From: Nageia nagi | Taxonomy: Eukaryota; Plantae; Pinophyta | Direction: 5' to 3' | DNA length: 64,000 nt | Assembly: GCA_050084985.1 (NCBI GenBank) | Contig: JBITNC010000002.1 | Location: 40,052,001 to 40,116,000 of the forward strand | Shown: positions 50,658 through 64,000 of the stretch, in pieces | Numbering within the stretch: the stretch's first letter is position 1 | How the letters are laid out: the number at the start of each line of letters is the position of its first letter | The notes under the pieces: generated by a model | The model's input: only the letters and a program-made list of their open reading frames with translations | Told to the model about the DNA's origin: nothing | The model's database searches: none | Program-made: the position numbers and the translations under genes

Positions 50658-51066
50658 GCTTCCAAATAACTTTTTTCATTATCACTGTGTTTAGAGTTTA
50701 TTTTCCACCTAGTCAACAATGAAGGTAACTTAAACTGTAAGCATCTCACATGATCTTGATTACACCATCAGCATGAGGGAATAGGCTACTTGTTGTGATT
50801 ATTGATTAACATCATCTGGTAGATTCCACAATTCTCAGGATATCATATTTCTTTCATTTAAGTCATTTCTATAACTAAGTCATTTGTTTAAACTTAAAAA
50901 TAGACATTTCCAACTAATTGATCCAAAAGTGAATGAGCTATGTAATTACTTGGATAAGCATAAGATTTTTAATAATGGTGATGCATTTGTTTTATGAAAG
51001 GGATTTATTGCTTTAATGCTTTACACAAGCTTGTGGATATTTGATCAAATTTTTATTCTTGTCCAG

Positions 51067-51133
51067 GCTAAGGCCTTCGAACATTGTAAAAGCAAAGCAG
51101 AAACAAGAGAAAGTCATGCAACAACAATGGGAG
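51067..51133 (+). CDS. GTF3C5: GTF3C5 exon 5
   Basis: gtccag acceptor, (V)LRPSNIVKAKQKQEKVMQQQWE, gtaag donor. Phase fits exon 4, and it matches the plant LRP...KK.Q...Q..WE segment. Confidence 0.85.
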
Positions 51134-52280
51134 GTAAGCTCACTAGTTTAATGTTCCTGGCTTTACCAACGTGGGATTTTTAGATATATAGGTATTTGTC
51201 ATACAATTTATCTTTTTCTTTCTTTATGTATGAACTGAACTTAGAAAACCTATATATGGAGTTGTGCTTTATATCTGTATATCATATAGGATGGATGGCC
51301 AATCTTTATAATCTTTTAATTATATTCTAATAAAATTAATGTTTTCCAAATATATATCATGTGCAATCCTATGATATTTATTTCATGTTTACTGGCTATA
51401 TGGCAAAGTTCTGTTGCTCATGGCATTAAACATATTCCTCTTCTTACTTATGTTGTGATTTCTGACTGTTCTGCCTCTTGTTTTAATTGGATAAATGTTG
51501 AAGATACAGTTACAAAGGTTGCGAATTTAACATATTTGATAATTTGCTAGTAGCTAAACAGAGAGTCTGCAAGTTTGTAATTCTTGACTGTCAGCATATG
51601 GTTCATTCGTTGCAAAAGAAATTTATGTAAAATCAGTCTCTGTTTGTGATTCACTAGTTATGCACGACATTTGCACATTTCATTGTTGAATTTGCAGAAA
51701 GGGACAGGTCTTTGATGTTAGTTCTCATTGGTTTCAATTTATATCCTAGTGGAATAATCAGTTGGTTACTAATTTGCTAGAATGATTTACATAAGGATAT
51801 TTGCCACATTTATTTCTTGTGGGGCTGAAGCATGATTGGATGATATGAAAAGAATGCATGTTTGCAAGAGAACTGAACTCATTGATTTCTAGCAATATAT
51901 AGTATTCATCTGTTGTGAAGCACTTATCTTCCCATTTCTACCATGTTGCAATTCCTCTGTTCTGCAACCCCATTTAGTTGTGGTGTATGATGTTGTAAAA
52001 TCCATATCCCTTCCATACACAGTGTTAGTCATTCTCAGTGTTCACAGTTACTGAAAATTAAGGTGACCGAATTTCTCATGTCACAATGTGCTGTCATTCA
52101 TCTCCAAAACTAGAGCCTTCATTGCTTTTGTTTTTCTGACAATGTGGTTGTACAGGTGTCATTCCCTGAAACTTGTGGCAATAAATTTGTTCTTACGTGT
52201 ATCTTTCCCCTTAATCATGTTACAATGGAAAATTACATCTAGGTTAGGGTTTTGTTGGTAATCACATTGTCAATGATACC

Positions 52281-52470
52281 ATTTTGCGATTATTATTTGA
52301 CATCCCTATGACCTTCCACTTGATAGATATACCCACCACCTAGTGCAACACAATCTGAACCAGAATTTTTACTTACATCATTTTGCAAATATTATTTGAC
52401 ATCTCCATGCCTTTCAACTTGATAGATATACGAACCACCTAGACCACCACAATCTGAACCAGAACCTTTA
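52281..52470. repeat. Tandem duplication, ~100-bp unit x2
   Basis: attttgc..tattatttgacatc...cttgatagatatac..accacctag...cacaatctgaaccagaa occurs twice. Confidence 0.85.
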
Positions 52471-52599
52471 ATGTGTGGAAAAAAATACATCCTGGTCCTT
52501 TATATTTCTGATAGGCTTGGATGGTCTTGTGTTGAGTTACCAAGAAAGAAAGAAATTTTATTAATGTCTGCGAGTGACCATGTTGATGTGGATGCTTCT

Positions 52600-53330
52600 C
52601 CTCCTGAAGAAGTCACTAAAAAAGAACTCTATAAGAGACTCATCTTTCACCTCAACAGTGTTTGTTTGTTTTGACCCTTATGTGAGTCATCATATGGTTG
52701 TTTTTAACAATCCTTGTTCAGGTGACAAAATTTATCAAGTAGAAGCATCTCAATTTTAGGTTGGAAGGGCCATCTTCTGACCATGTTCCAAGTTCCAACA
52801 AACTGAGGTGCCTTGTTTTTCCATTGGAATTTGGTGGCAAAACCGCTCTTGGTGCTTCTAGAAATGCATTCCACTTTTTCCCATTGACATTCTTTTTGCA
52901 ACAAGAAAGAAGACACTTCATCAAAGTTAAGCTTCTGCATGTCTAAATATAAATTCAAAGGCTCACAAGGGGATTTAAAGGAGTAAGGTAAACCGTTTAA
53001 AACATTAGCAACCAAATATTTATCAACCAGGGGTTCTCCTGTGGCAACCAACTGATCCCTTCTATCATTAGCCTTAAGTATGTACTAAAAAATGATCCTC
53101 TCCCACAAATTGATTGCATACATTTTGTTTCTCAGGTACAACATCTGTTATTTCTCCAAGGTTTGATATATGTCTTTATTCTTTTAGAGGCTGCAAATGT
53201 ACTGTGTCATGCCTATGGAATAGACTCATGTAATAGATTTCAGAAGCATCAGCTCTTCCTGACACTTCTTGTCAAACTCATCTTACTGAGTTGCTGCAGT
53301 CTGAGGTCTTTGATTGTTTCCAAGACAATC
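52600..53330 (-). pseudogene. Copia gag remnant
   Basis: LVATGEPLVDKYLVANVLNGLPYSFKS is a typical copia gag (UBN2) segment. No LTRs seen; boundaries are approximate. Confidence 0.6.
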
Positions 53331-54801
53331 CTATCCAGTTCCTGGTAACTGCAGACCCTATTACAATCACAAAATGAATACAGCTTCGTTTGTATTTCTT
53401 TTAACTTTTGAAATCTTTTGAATATTGAATGATTTTTGGTCAGCTCTTTCCTGCTTCATTGACTTGTCCAACAGGGGTGTTTCCCTCTTTTGACTCCACT
53501 GTGCAGATGAACATTTCCCTCTGTTGATACTGAATACTGAAATTGTGATCGTAGGTTTATATTACCCTTTTAATGAACATCTGTGATGTCTGTGTGAGCA
53601 TCCTATTTTGTGGACATTGTTCTCTTTAAAATAGCAAGTTGGGCTACCTTTATTCTGCAGATTTATGTTGAAATCTAAACTTAATAATCTGGTGATGACC
53701 ATTTTGAGCGTCTCCTTAAAGAGTTTTTAGTCAAGGACTTCTTTGAGAGTTTCAGTTGAAAGCCCGGCTCCTAATAAATTACACCTGTATCTGTGTCTTC
53801 TTTCATTCCATGTAAATTGAACATGTCTTGTGGGTCATGGGCAACTTCACCTTTGTATGGTCATGGGCATCTTCATCTAAAATATAGGTGTTTACAAACA
53901 ATGTGGAGGACAATGGCGGCTTGAAGTGGCCTTGATAACCACCAAAGGTATTTAAAGGGAATTGACTTCAGTTCATTGAATTGTCTAATCACATAAATAT
54001 TACATATGATATGGAGTTCTACATGTAATGGACTTAACCTTACATGTAACTATATAGCCAAATCACTAAGTTTTGTTATTATATATTAGCATAGTGATGC
54101 GACTTTGCATGTCGTGAAATGACTCCGCATCAAATATAGGTCTGTAGAGCCCGAGTCTCAGCACTTGATTATTAGTATATGACAAATTTTATTATTAATA
54201 TTTTAGTAACTAGGGTCTTATATGACAAGTTACCATCGTCCAAAAAGTTCTTTGTCATTTAGATCCAACACATGATGGAAAATCTATCAATAAACAGCAT
54301 GAAACATATTCAGAGCGCAACGCTTAGGGTCCCATAAAGTTTGCACAAACATTTGTGTGAACATTTTGTAATTGATATCATGCTCTGTGTGCCTGTCCAT
54401 GAGGAAAGGGTTCTTTATTATGTTTACTGAGTCTTCTAGCTTCACTTATTGGTTTATTTGGCTTGATAATAGGTGTATATTTATACCAACAGATTTTTTT
54501 GCAAATTCAAAAATGCTTAATGCTTTATCCCAAGCCGTAATTTATCTCTCAAATTTCTTCTATATGTTTATTTTGAGTTTTGTGTATTAATTTGATTGTA
54601 TAAATATGACTTAACACTTGTGCAGGAGAGTTTGTCTGGTTTTCATCGGAAAGACTACTTTTCTTAAAGTCTGTCTTTAGACAAAACAGAATCCCTTGTT
54701 AAAATATGAGCATTTCTTTGGTTCCCAATCAGTTGTCTCAAATTTCCCAAAGCAACTCACTTTGTCAACTATTTCAGTGGAATCAGAACATGATGTCTAA
54801 G

Positions 54802-55420
54802 CAAGGTTATCACGGACTGGAGGATGAGGGAATGGGTTTCCGGGGATGGAGACCGGATTTTAGGAAACACCTGGGGGACGGGGGCTGGGAGACGACAATT
54901 ATATAGTTAAAAATCTCCAGAATTTACAGATTTATGAGAAATAAATATAGTTTCAATGTTTCATTCATCATTGACATTTATGATTCATCCAAGAACCAAT
55001 TCAAATATGTAACATAAAATCAACTTAAATATAAAATATTTGTATTATTGATTCATTCCTTTCATATCAATATGAAATTGAAATATCAAACTAATCCATA
55101 TGATAATTTATAGTTACTACAGCCATTCTATAGTCTGCATTGCTACACCTCCTTTAATGACTGTTGGAACTAATAATTATATACTTGTTTGGTTGGGACT
55201 GTTGTGCATTCATTGGACTGTTTTTGACCCAAGATGATTGTCACTTATGTATTTGTTGGGACTGTTTTTAATACCTGAACTAGTGAACTTCAACTGTTAC
55301 TAGTGCATCTGTTGGGACTGCTTTTGATACTTGAGACTGTTACTTTGCAATTGTTGGGTCTCTTTTTGATAACTGAACTTGATTGTTGTACATGTATTTA
55401 TTCAGGACTGTTACATGCCA
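54802..55420. mobile_element. Possible hAT terminus followed by a degenerate ~50-bp tandem array
   Basis: caaggttatca followed by G-rich ggggacg subterminal motifs; repeated ttgggactg(t/c)ttttgata units at 55150-55420. Confidence 0.4.
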
Positions 55421-56139
55421 AAAACCAACAATGAACAATGTCATGATTTGAAATACAATTTTATTAGTTTTCACAACCTATGTTTCTATTACGTGGCTAC
55501 AATCAAAATCTAATAGACAGTCACTAACAAAATGGCTAAATACTGAAAAACATACTTGCTTCTTATTTCCCTCGATACTTTGTGATTTTTACCTTGCATG
55601 TCGAGGACTCCTGTCCAGCAAGACTCCGCATCGGCCACATGTATGCCATGGTTGCTCGTGTGCTTGTGTGTTTCTCTTCACTAGAGTCTGCATTGATCTG
55701 CAGGTGAGCTCCTTCCTTTGTCCTTGTGTGTAAGCCCAGACCCTGCTCCAATGCGAACATCTTGACTGCTCCCGAAGATGTTTGTCTGGTCTCTTCCTAA
55801 CTCCGTCTTCAGCTATCCATCCTGGGCGATTTTGAAATACCCAACTTTCTGATCTGGACACCTTCTCACACTCACTGCTCTCCAATCGTTGCCTTCATTC
55901 TGAGTGTGCATTTGTTTGTCCGGTCATTGCACTTATGAATCTTCATTCCTGCATTTCTGCTCGTCTAAATTCCAACAACAGACTGTCACCATTGCCATCA
56001 CAGTGGACAGACTCCTCTGGTAATTACGCCATTGTAGAAGAATGAAGACCACATCCTTGGAATCTGGAAAGCCAATTTGTCATGGAGACAATTTTTCTTC
56101 TGTTATAGCCAAGGCCTCTGGTTGCCTTACTTATCAGAA

Positions 56140-59100
56140 TTATGAGAACAACAGAAACATATTGAGCCCCCTCACGATAGATCTCTCTCCCTTGACTTGG
56201 CTCTGCGATGGTGTGCAAGTGCAGGCCGCTCTTCCAAAGCTGAGGATGCCCTATCTCACTCAAAACAAGCGCTTGATGAAGCTGAAGAAATCAAACCAGC
56301 TCCTAAGAACAAATATCCTCCCTCCTTTCAAACAACTCAGCGCAACAGACTATTATTCTTGCTTTACAAAACCAATTGAATGATCAGAAAAACCGAATTG
56401 CGAACCTAGACGCACAACTGCAGATTGAAAAACATGACAGATGAGCAAGCTTGAATTAACAGAGTCATCTCCTACCACTAAAGTCTAGTCACAACAGCTC
56501 CAAAAACTTCATGAAATAGTCTCTAAGGTCAAAGGTAAACGGATAGAAATTACTGCACAACAAAAACAGCTCAAGCAAGACACTTTATCACATCAACAGT
56601 CTCTGCAACAGCGGGTGGAAGACCAGAAATCTTATGAGGAGGTGGTTAAAGGCAACCAGACTCCTATTATAGAGTAAGCTATGTAGAAGAAAGATTACGA
56701 CATTCCAAAGAGCTCAACCTCCTTATTTGTGGACTGCCCAAAGCCACAGACTCCATTCACACTGGACATGATTTGCTTCATAGTACTCTAGAATTGCCAA
56801 ACATCACTTTGGAATCAGCATGGACCACTCAGGACAATACCCTCATTATCTGTTTCAGATAAACAGGTGATCGTTTGTAGGCTCTAAGGGCAAAAAATAA
56901 GTTATTCACATAACCTACCAATGTATATTTGGATGCTGATTTCACTCACCTCCAAGTAGAAGAGCTTCATAAAGCTAGCTCTTTGGTCGTAACAACTAGG
57001 AAAGAAAACAAGTGGGCTGTTATCCGTGATTGCAAGGCGATCATTCGTGACACTTCTTTGTCAAGCTGGTCTCGCCTTGAGCCTGCCCAATGATGACACT
57101 CTGAGGTCCCTTCAACGCTCATTTTTACAATCCTTCATCCCTCATTTTTACAATCCTTGAATGCTCATTTTTACAATCTGGAACTGTAACAGCATGGTTT
57201 GGTCTTCGCCAGGTTTAATTCATGACATCATCACACACACAAATCTGATTTTATTCACTGAGACTCATGAGGGCACTGTTAGGGGTTTCCCGCCCTTCAC
57301 AAGTTATACATGGATTTATTCCTACATCTTTTCACCACAAGTGAGGCACAATAGGTGTTGCCTTTCTTGTCAGTGATAACTTGGATGCTATGTCCCACCC
57401 CGGGATGTCTCGTTATTGTATCTAGGGAGATGGAAAGTCATCGTTCCTTGGTCTTTTAACTCATATCTGTTGATATTCAATTCAGGATGAGATTATATTG
57501 GTAGGTGACTTCAACGATAGAACAAGGAGGATACAAACACAATACTTTGACGATAGGACCTACTCTCTCCACCTCCAGGCACTTGATCTAGTCGCTAAGC
57601 TTCAGTGAGACTCAATAGATACTATGCGCCCCTCGTATTATGGGAGATTCTTCCTCGAGCTTGGGGAGATCCAATGCCGTTGATTGTATCCTCTCTAGTC
57701 CTAGCCTTATCCCCCACTTCCATTCCTTTCAGGTTGCCCCTCAACTTCCTCTTGCCAATTACGCATGTATGACCCTTTTCATCTTATCTCATTACAACTA
57801 TCCCCTCCCCCCCACCTTCTCCTCCCCACATACGATTATCGACTTTGATTGTGCCCTCTCACCTACATACAGCTACATCCTGAAGCATAATCTACACGAC
57901 ATACACTCCCTACCCACCATTGATGCCCAAACTCATTTCATTGCTAATTCCTTATGTTCAACGGCCTTCCAAACCTTCCTCCACACTACTCGTCTCTGGT
58001 CTCATATAGACCACATGGTCATTGTCCCTCGAACCAATGGTTTGATACTAATTGTAAATCAGCCACCATTCCCTCAAGAAGGCTATTTTCTCATATGCTT
58101 CCTCCCCTTATACATACTCTCTCCATCGCTCATACCACTACCTTCTATGGACCAAGAAACAACACTTCTTAGCCAAAAGAAGGCAAGAGATCATCTCCTC
58201 CATTGACCACCATTCCAAGTCCTTTTGGTGCAACTTTTTGCCAAAGAAACACAACTTGAGTCGTATTTCCCTTCAAGACAAGAGCATCTATGGCGATCGC
58301 CTATACAATGATTCTAACAAACCCCCTTCCTGCAATACTCCGACCCATCACCACCACCTTCTTTTCCCCCTCCATGATCCACACGACAATTAAGAAACTC
58401 AACTTTGGTAAACCCTAGACATTGATGACCTGTAGACAAAATACCTTAAATATGCCAGTTCTATCCTCCCTCCTTCCTGTCTAGTCTCTTTAACAAAGCC
58501 ATCTATTTTGGTTTCCCCACCTCTTGGATGTCAAACATCATCCACCACATCCATAAAACTGGTGACTCGAACAACTTGAGCTATTATCGTACCATTATGA
58601 TCGGCCACACTTTGGCCAAGCTCTATGTGACCATTCTAGAGGACTATATATCACAGTTCGTAGATGGCAAAGACCTTAGAGCATTCGAACAGGTGAGCTT
58701 CCGTAGAGATCATTGCACCTCTGACCACATCCTCACCTTGCGGGCTATCATTTAGCAGACCAGGTTTCGAAAGTTCTCGATGATTTGTTGCTTCATGGAC
58801 TTTTGGAAGGCATTTGATACAATTCCCCACCATCTACTCATGGATAGACTTAGACAACTAAGGATTCCAAAGATTGGCCTTACAACCATCATGACTTTAT
58901 ATGAGAATGTATCAAGTTGGATTTGTACATCAAAAAGGACTCTCAGATAGCATTCTTAGCACCATTGGAGTGAAGTAGGGATGCCCACTTTCGCCACCCT
59001 TTTCGGATGTTACATTGACGAGATGGAGTCCTGCAACCTAGAGATCGTAGACCCTGAGGCAGGTTGCCTCCTCCAGGGTAGGTGTGTATCCATACTCCTC

Positions 59101-59845
59101 TTTGGAGATGACATTGTGCTTCTTTCATATACCACAAAGGGTCTTTAGTGTTTGGTAAAGGCCTTGGACTGTTTTAGTGCCAAGTAGGAGTTAGTCGTGA
59201 ATCTCAATAAGACCAATTGTCTGGCATTTAATGTAACCAAACACACACTTGATCAAATTTAGATTACATATCGAGATAAAGTTATTACTACAGCCACCTC
59301 ATTCACATACTTGGGAGTACTCTTCTTAGGGCCTAGATCCATGATGAGAGTGATAGCCCCACCTAGAGCTGGGAGAGGATACGCACCGGTCTCCTCCCTT
59401 GAGAGACAATGTGTGCAACTCCACTTTTAGGACATTTCATCTAATCTACGACTATTTCATACCCTGATCACTCCCATAGTACTATATGGTGCAGAGATAT
59501 GGGGACCAAGCTTGAGAGCACTAGATTGGGCCAAGATAGAGAGGATCTTGGTCAACACATTATCCCGCTTCATTTGGAGCAAGACGATTGTCCCCCTTCG
59601 CATTATCCTTGTAGAATTCAGTTGCCAGCCACTTCAAGTGTGGGCCCTTGTAGCTCTGGTTCTCTACCTTCGATGACTCTAGGGTTTTACAGTTTCAGGT
59701 CGGATTGATAGACTCCTTGCCAAGGCCTTGGTCTTGTCGATGTAGTTAGTAGCACAAGGTTGTCCTTGGTGTTGGTTCATTGAGGTTTTTGAGGCGCTAC
59801 AACGATTCAACTTTTCTGATGATTGACTACCTTTCCTCACATAGG
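56140..59845 (+). mobile_element. Degenerate two-ORF LINE (APE-RT; RTE/RTEX-like by inference), 3'-truncated
   Basis: ORF1 remnant (coiled coil; LNLLICGLP...VYLDADFT) at ~56200-57090. Endonuclease IWNCNS...ILFTETHE at 57161. RT motifs YRTIMIGHTLAKLY, DF.KAFD, GVK*GCPLSP and LLFGDD at 58500-59120. Confidence 0.85.
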
Positions 59846-59849
59846 ATCC

Positions 59850-62800
59850 ATCCACACCCTCAGATGATTTAGTTGAACCAAATGATTCATTGTCAATGAT
59901 CCGTGAGATGATATATAGAACATACAAAATGTGCCTATGAGGGCTGCAAAATACAAAATCACACAATATATAATGTTTAGAAACTTCAATTTTTTGTCAT
60001 GCTTTGCTCCTTTGTCCTATTATAAGCTACAAGTGCCCTTTGTTCTGAGATATGGAACTGGATCCTACTGCCTCTTCCTATGCCCTTGCTCTTCATACCC
60101 CATTGCCGTTAACACCTCTACTAAATTTTCAGGATCCACAAAAACAATATTAGGATCCTCTAAAGGTCCATCCTCATCCTCTAAAAGTTGATCTTTTGTA
60201 GGTTGATCTTTTATGATCCATTCATTGGATGGATAAAGGGCATCAAGTTCAATGGCCTCACATTCTATACATACAATGTTTGCATCATTTTTGCTTTATT
60301 AGTGTTCTAGCACAAAAGTTTATCTATGTAGTATGCATTGTATATTTTATAAAACTATAGTTAATGGCCTCATAATCTGGAATCTAGATTCTATACTTGC
60401 AATGTTTTTTTATAGTAGAGTAGATTGTAGTGCACAAACAAAAGATCATTTAATTTTTGTTGTGTTGATGTGTCTCTCTTCTTGGAGTGTGGCTAAAAAA
60501 TACTCCAAGTACGCTCACAACCAGAAGCGTTGCATGGTTGGATAAAATACAGATCACAATTTTTTCAGGTTGGGCATATATGACCCAAAATCCTCTCACC
60601 ATAAATCTAAAAAAAACCCAATAAAAACAGAATTAATACATCACAACTCACAAGTTCGTTTGTAAAAATTGAAATTGAGATTAAAAGATAAACTTTTGGA
60701 TTTAAATAACTTACATGGCAACAAAATGATCAACTGTTTTGGCACAGTCAGAGGAACTGAAAATGATGTCAATGGCATTTTTATAAGATTGCATCTTATA
60801 TTGTATTGATGTGCAAATATCTAGATAAACCACCAAACCTTCAATAGCAATCCTTAAACCTGACATCACCTGATAATCATTACATTTTTTCCAAAAAAGA
60901 ATTTGGGATTAAGATAGTAAGTTGCTCCATGAAGAGGGCTATGAAGTTGGGATGTCCAATGATGATTAATGAGATCCCAAATGGGTTGGTATTTGGCCTT
61001 GACATGGTTATAATATGCAACAATAAACTATTTGGCAATGTATGTGGTCTTGTAGACATAACCCATAGGTGGTTTCTCTCTATCGACAAGATGGAGAACT
61101 CTTATGAAAGGCTCTACTACTTGGAAAATAAACATTTAAATTCAATATAAAGTTTAAAGTTTAAACCAAAAAATAAAATTAAAAGTTTAAAGTTTAAACA
61201 AAAAAATTAAATTAAAATTTTAATCTTGCAAGTTGTAGTTTGTAATTTTACTTTGATGGCCTTCTCCATGGCCATCTAGAAGGTCTCCTCAAATAAGATG
61301 TTGTAGATTGTCTTCCATTGGGTGGTGCCTTTGAACCTGATTTTAACCTTCGTGAGCCACTCTATTGCCAACAAATGACTTCTTCAATGCTTCGTAGATA
61401 TCAAATTTATTATTAAAGTTAGTTAATCAAAAATTGATTATTAAAAATAAATAATAATTATCATGTGTATGATACTATGAGTATGAAGTTATGATTTATC
61501 AACTTGTGATTGGAAGAGACTCTCTATTGTAATAAAAGCCATGGCAAATCATGTAATACTAAGTTGAGCTAACTCCTTGCCACTAGGGTATTGCCTCATA
61601 TTGTGCAAGACCCATGAATGATTGTAAATATATTTAATCACAATCATTGTCTTCTCAAGAATCGTCATCACCCAAGACAATTTGCCAATGTCCTCCAACA
61701 ACTAATCAATACAATGGACTTCACATGGGGTCGATAGAAGTGTTTGGTATTTATTCTCCAATACATTTCTTGCTAACTTATAAGCTGAAGCATTGTCCAT
61801 GATGATTTGAACAACATTTTCTGCTCCCACCTCGTCCGCTATATCACCCAACAAAGCTGCAAGACGGGGCCCCCTCTTCACCATTGAAGATGCATCAATT
61901 GATCTCAAGAATACAACGTCATCAAATGAGACATCCAAGAAATTGAGCAGTGTCCAAACCTTCTCATATTCACAACTATCTGACATAAATCATGGAGCCC
62001 AATGCCTGTGAAACCTCACGTTGCTTATGAAGCAACTTTTGAATATCTTACACAAATTCTTCAAGAAGAGAACCCCTCAAATCATGATATTTGGGCAACT
62101 TAAATCTTGGATTGGATATTGTAATGGCATCTACCATGTCCTGTTAGTATGAAGATCTTGCTGCATTGAATGAAAGTATGAAAAAAACAAAAATGTGGCT
62201 ATCACCATCTTGGTTGCCATATGTCTTTCCTTGTTCCACACAGTCATAGCGTACAATATGGTTTGTAACCTTGAGTGGAACATGGAACAAAAAAGGATTC
62301 GAGAGTTCCACTTCTAAGGTTTCAACTAAGGTAGTGTTGGAGCTATTATAATCATTAACAACTCCAAACCCAACAAATTGTGGTGGCCCATGTGTTCTAC
62401 TGATACCTGCCATTCTAGGGGGCTTTCCATGGGTTCACCGTGTTGTTTCATTTTCAGTTACTTATTCTCATTAATATCAACGAGAATTGCATTGCATTCT
62501 CACTCAATATTAATGGGAACATTGAGGCATGCCCTAACTTCTTTCTCCAATATCTTGGCTAAGTGATGCTTGAGGCGGTTTATGCCTCCTATCATCTTCA
62601 TGTCACAAAAGCTGCATATTATGTCCCTTTTTTGTTCATCTTTACCATATTTCCGTGCTGAAGTTTTCTTCCATGGGGCTAGACTAACCAGTATCCTGCA
62701 ACTACACAAGGAAAACTAAAAAACAATCACATACAAAAATTAGATTTAAATTTAAAATTTTAAATAGAAGCACAAACTTTAAAAAAATAGTAAACCCTAG

Positions 62801-63156
62801 CTGTTTTTTTTAAATATGACTGTGAATGACAATGCCAACCTAAAAACAAAAATAATAAACTCAAGCTATTTTTTTTCTTAAGTTTGTGATTGTAAATTTA
62901 CAATCACAAACTTAAGAAAAAAACATAAACCTTAGTTACCCTATTGCCAATTTTAATTTTTTATCAAACAATCATAAATTTACAAAACTCTATTGCTTAT
63001 TTATCAAATGAAAAGAAAAAACAAAACCCCCAAAATAAAGTTTTTAAGTCACTTTTTCAAAAGTTTTTTCTAAATCCGATGATTCCGAACGGTCCAAACT
63101 CGCCAAAGCTCGCTCAAGACCTGAACTTGTGATTCCCGGTGAGTCTGACTACCATG
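59850..63156 (-). mobile_element. hAT DNA transposon with a degenerate transposase (BED finger, DUF659, dimerisation domain)
   Basis: ICSFCDMKMIGGINRLKHHLA (62500-62709), EVGAENVVQIIMDNASAYK...TPCEVHCID (61702-61986), ASGCERTWS (~60500-60530) and PSNEW (~60220). The right end resembles a TIR (revcomp catggtagtcagactc, ending 63156). The left end is unresolved. Confidence 0.85.
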
Positions 63157-64000
63157 GTTTAAACAATGCCAACTATGCTTCTACTTGGAGAATGGTACTT
63201 TATAAGCACCTGCTTTCATAAGAAGGCATTGCAAGAGATTCCAGTGTTGACCAATGGGTGCATGCAACCAAGACAGCTATTTGAATGTACCCTATAAATA
63301 ACCTGGTTACTGCAGATTCAAGGACTCTTGTGCGTAACAGGGAGAATGATCCGTCTATCTCTTTCGACTAACTTGTCCTAATCGGCCCTGAGGATAGAAC
63401 GGCTTCTCCTTCATGACAGTAGTAACTTAACAAGTTAACACCAATATGCTAGACCATTATCTTATTAGGCCAGCTTATCTACAATGTAATTATTTATCAT
63501 AACATCTCAATTAAACTCGCTTAACTAATTAGACATAGAAATGAGCGAGTCTGGGCATACATGGGACCTTTCAAGGGAACTTGACAACATGGATTTATTG
63601 AACATTCAATTTAATTGGAAACTCAATGGGCTGCCTTAATTAAATTATAAAATCTGTGTTATTCTCATTGTAGTGCTGACAAAAGTACTTGTTGACATTT
63701 GATATCGCACACTACATGATAGTAAGCACAATAGTAAGCATGTGAATATAAAGAACTTCAACATTTCTATTATATCAAGATTTAATTAAATTGATGATTG
63801 CTCAGACTGGCAGCACAAAAATATTTTACATGAATCTCTATATACAATGCCTGAGGTCATATATCCATAGGCTGATTAGAAAATAAAATATTCCAGCTTG
63901 TCCTGATACATAATAATTACAAGTATTCTCAACAGTGTTAGGTTTTCCCAACCCATACTGTTGGAGTAAGTATATGCATCATAGTCATAGACTTTCCCAA

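Noticed and set aside
54626-54906. tgcag acceptor and ORF as GTF3C5 exon 6
   Set aside because: The translation does not resemble the expected next tau95 segment.

Overview
AT-rich, CpG-depleted land-plant genomic DNA; the long TE-filled introns and TE types suggest a gymnosperm (inference). One real host gene is present: the first five coding exons of TFIIIC subunit 5 (GTF3C5/tau95/Sfc1-like) on the + strand, 29373-51133, with introns of about 15.7 kb, 187 bp, 157 bp, 5.0 kb and more than 12.8 kb; the 3' exons lie beyond the window. Positions ~2.7-26.4 kb are a nested Ty1/copia cluster. Old element A contains non-autonomous B (which contains young element D) and element C (which contains younger element E). 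The best candidates for an undescribed system are two non-autonomous LTR elements that carry host gene fragments. D (4818-7042) is copia-derived, has identical 127-bp LTRs and a perfect TSD, and carries an antisense 5' fragment of a CaMRLK-like LRR receptor kinase. F (32658-~38880, in GTF3C5 intron 1) is chromovirus-derived, has three LTRs, and carries a PPR fragment with an intronless inositol-transporter fragment inserted inside it. Also present: hAT elements, solo LTRs, LINE remnants, a ~310-bp-arm inverted repeat upstream of GTF3C5 and a degenerate tRNA-like sequence. All alignments and homologies were done by eye and from memory; no searches were run.
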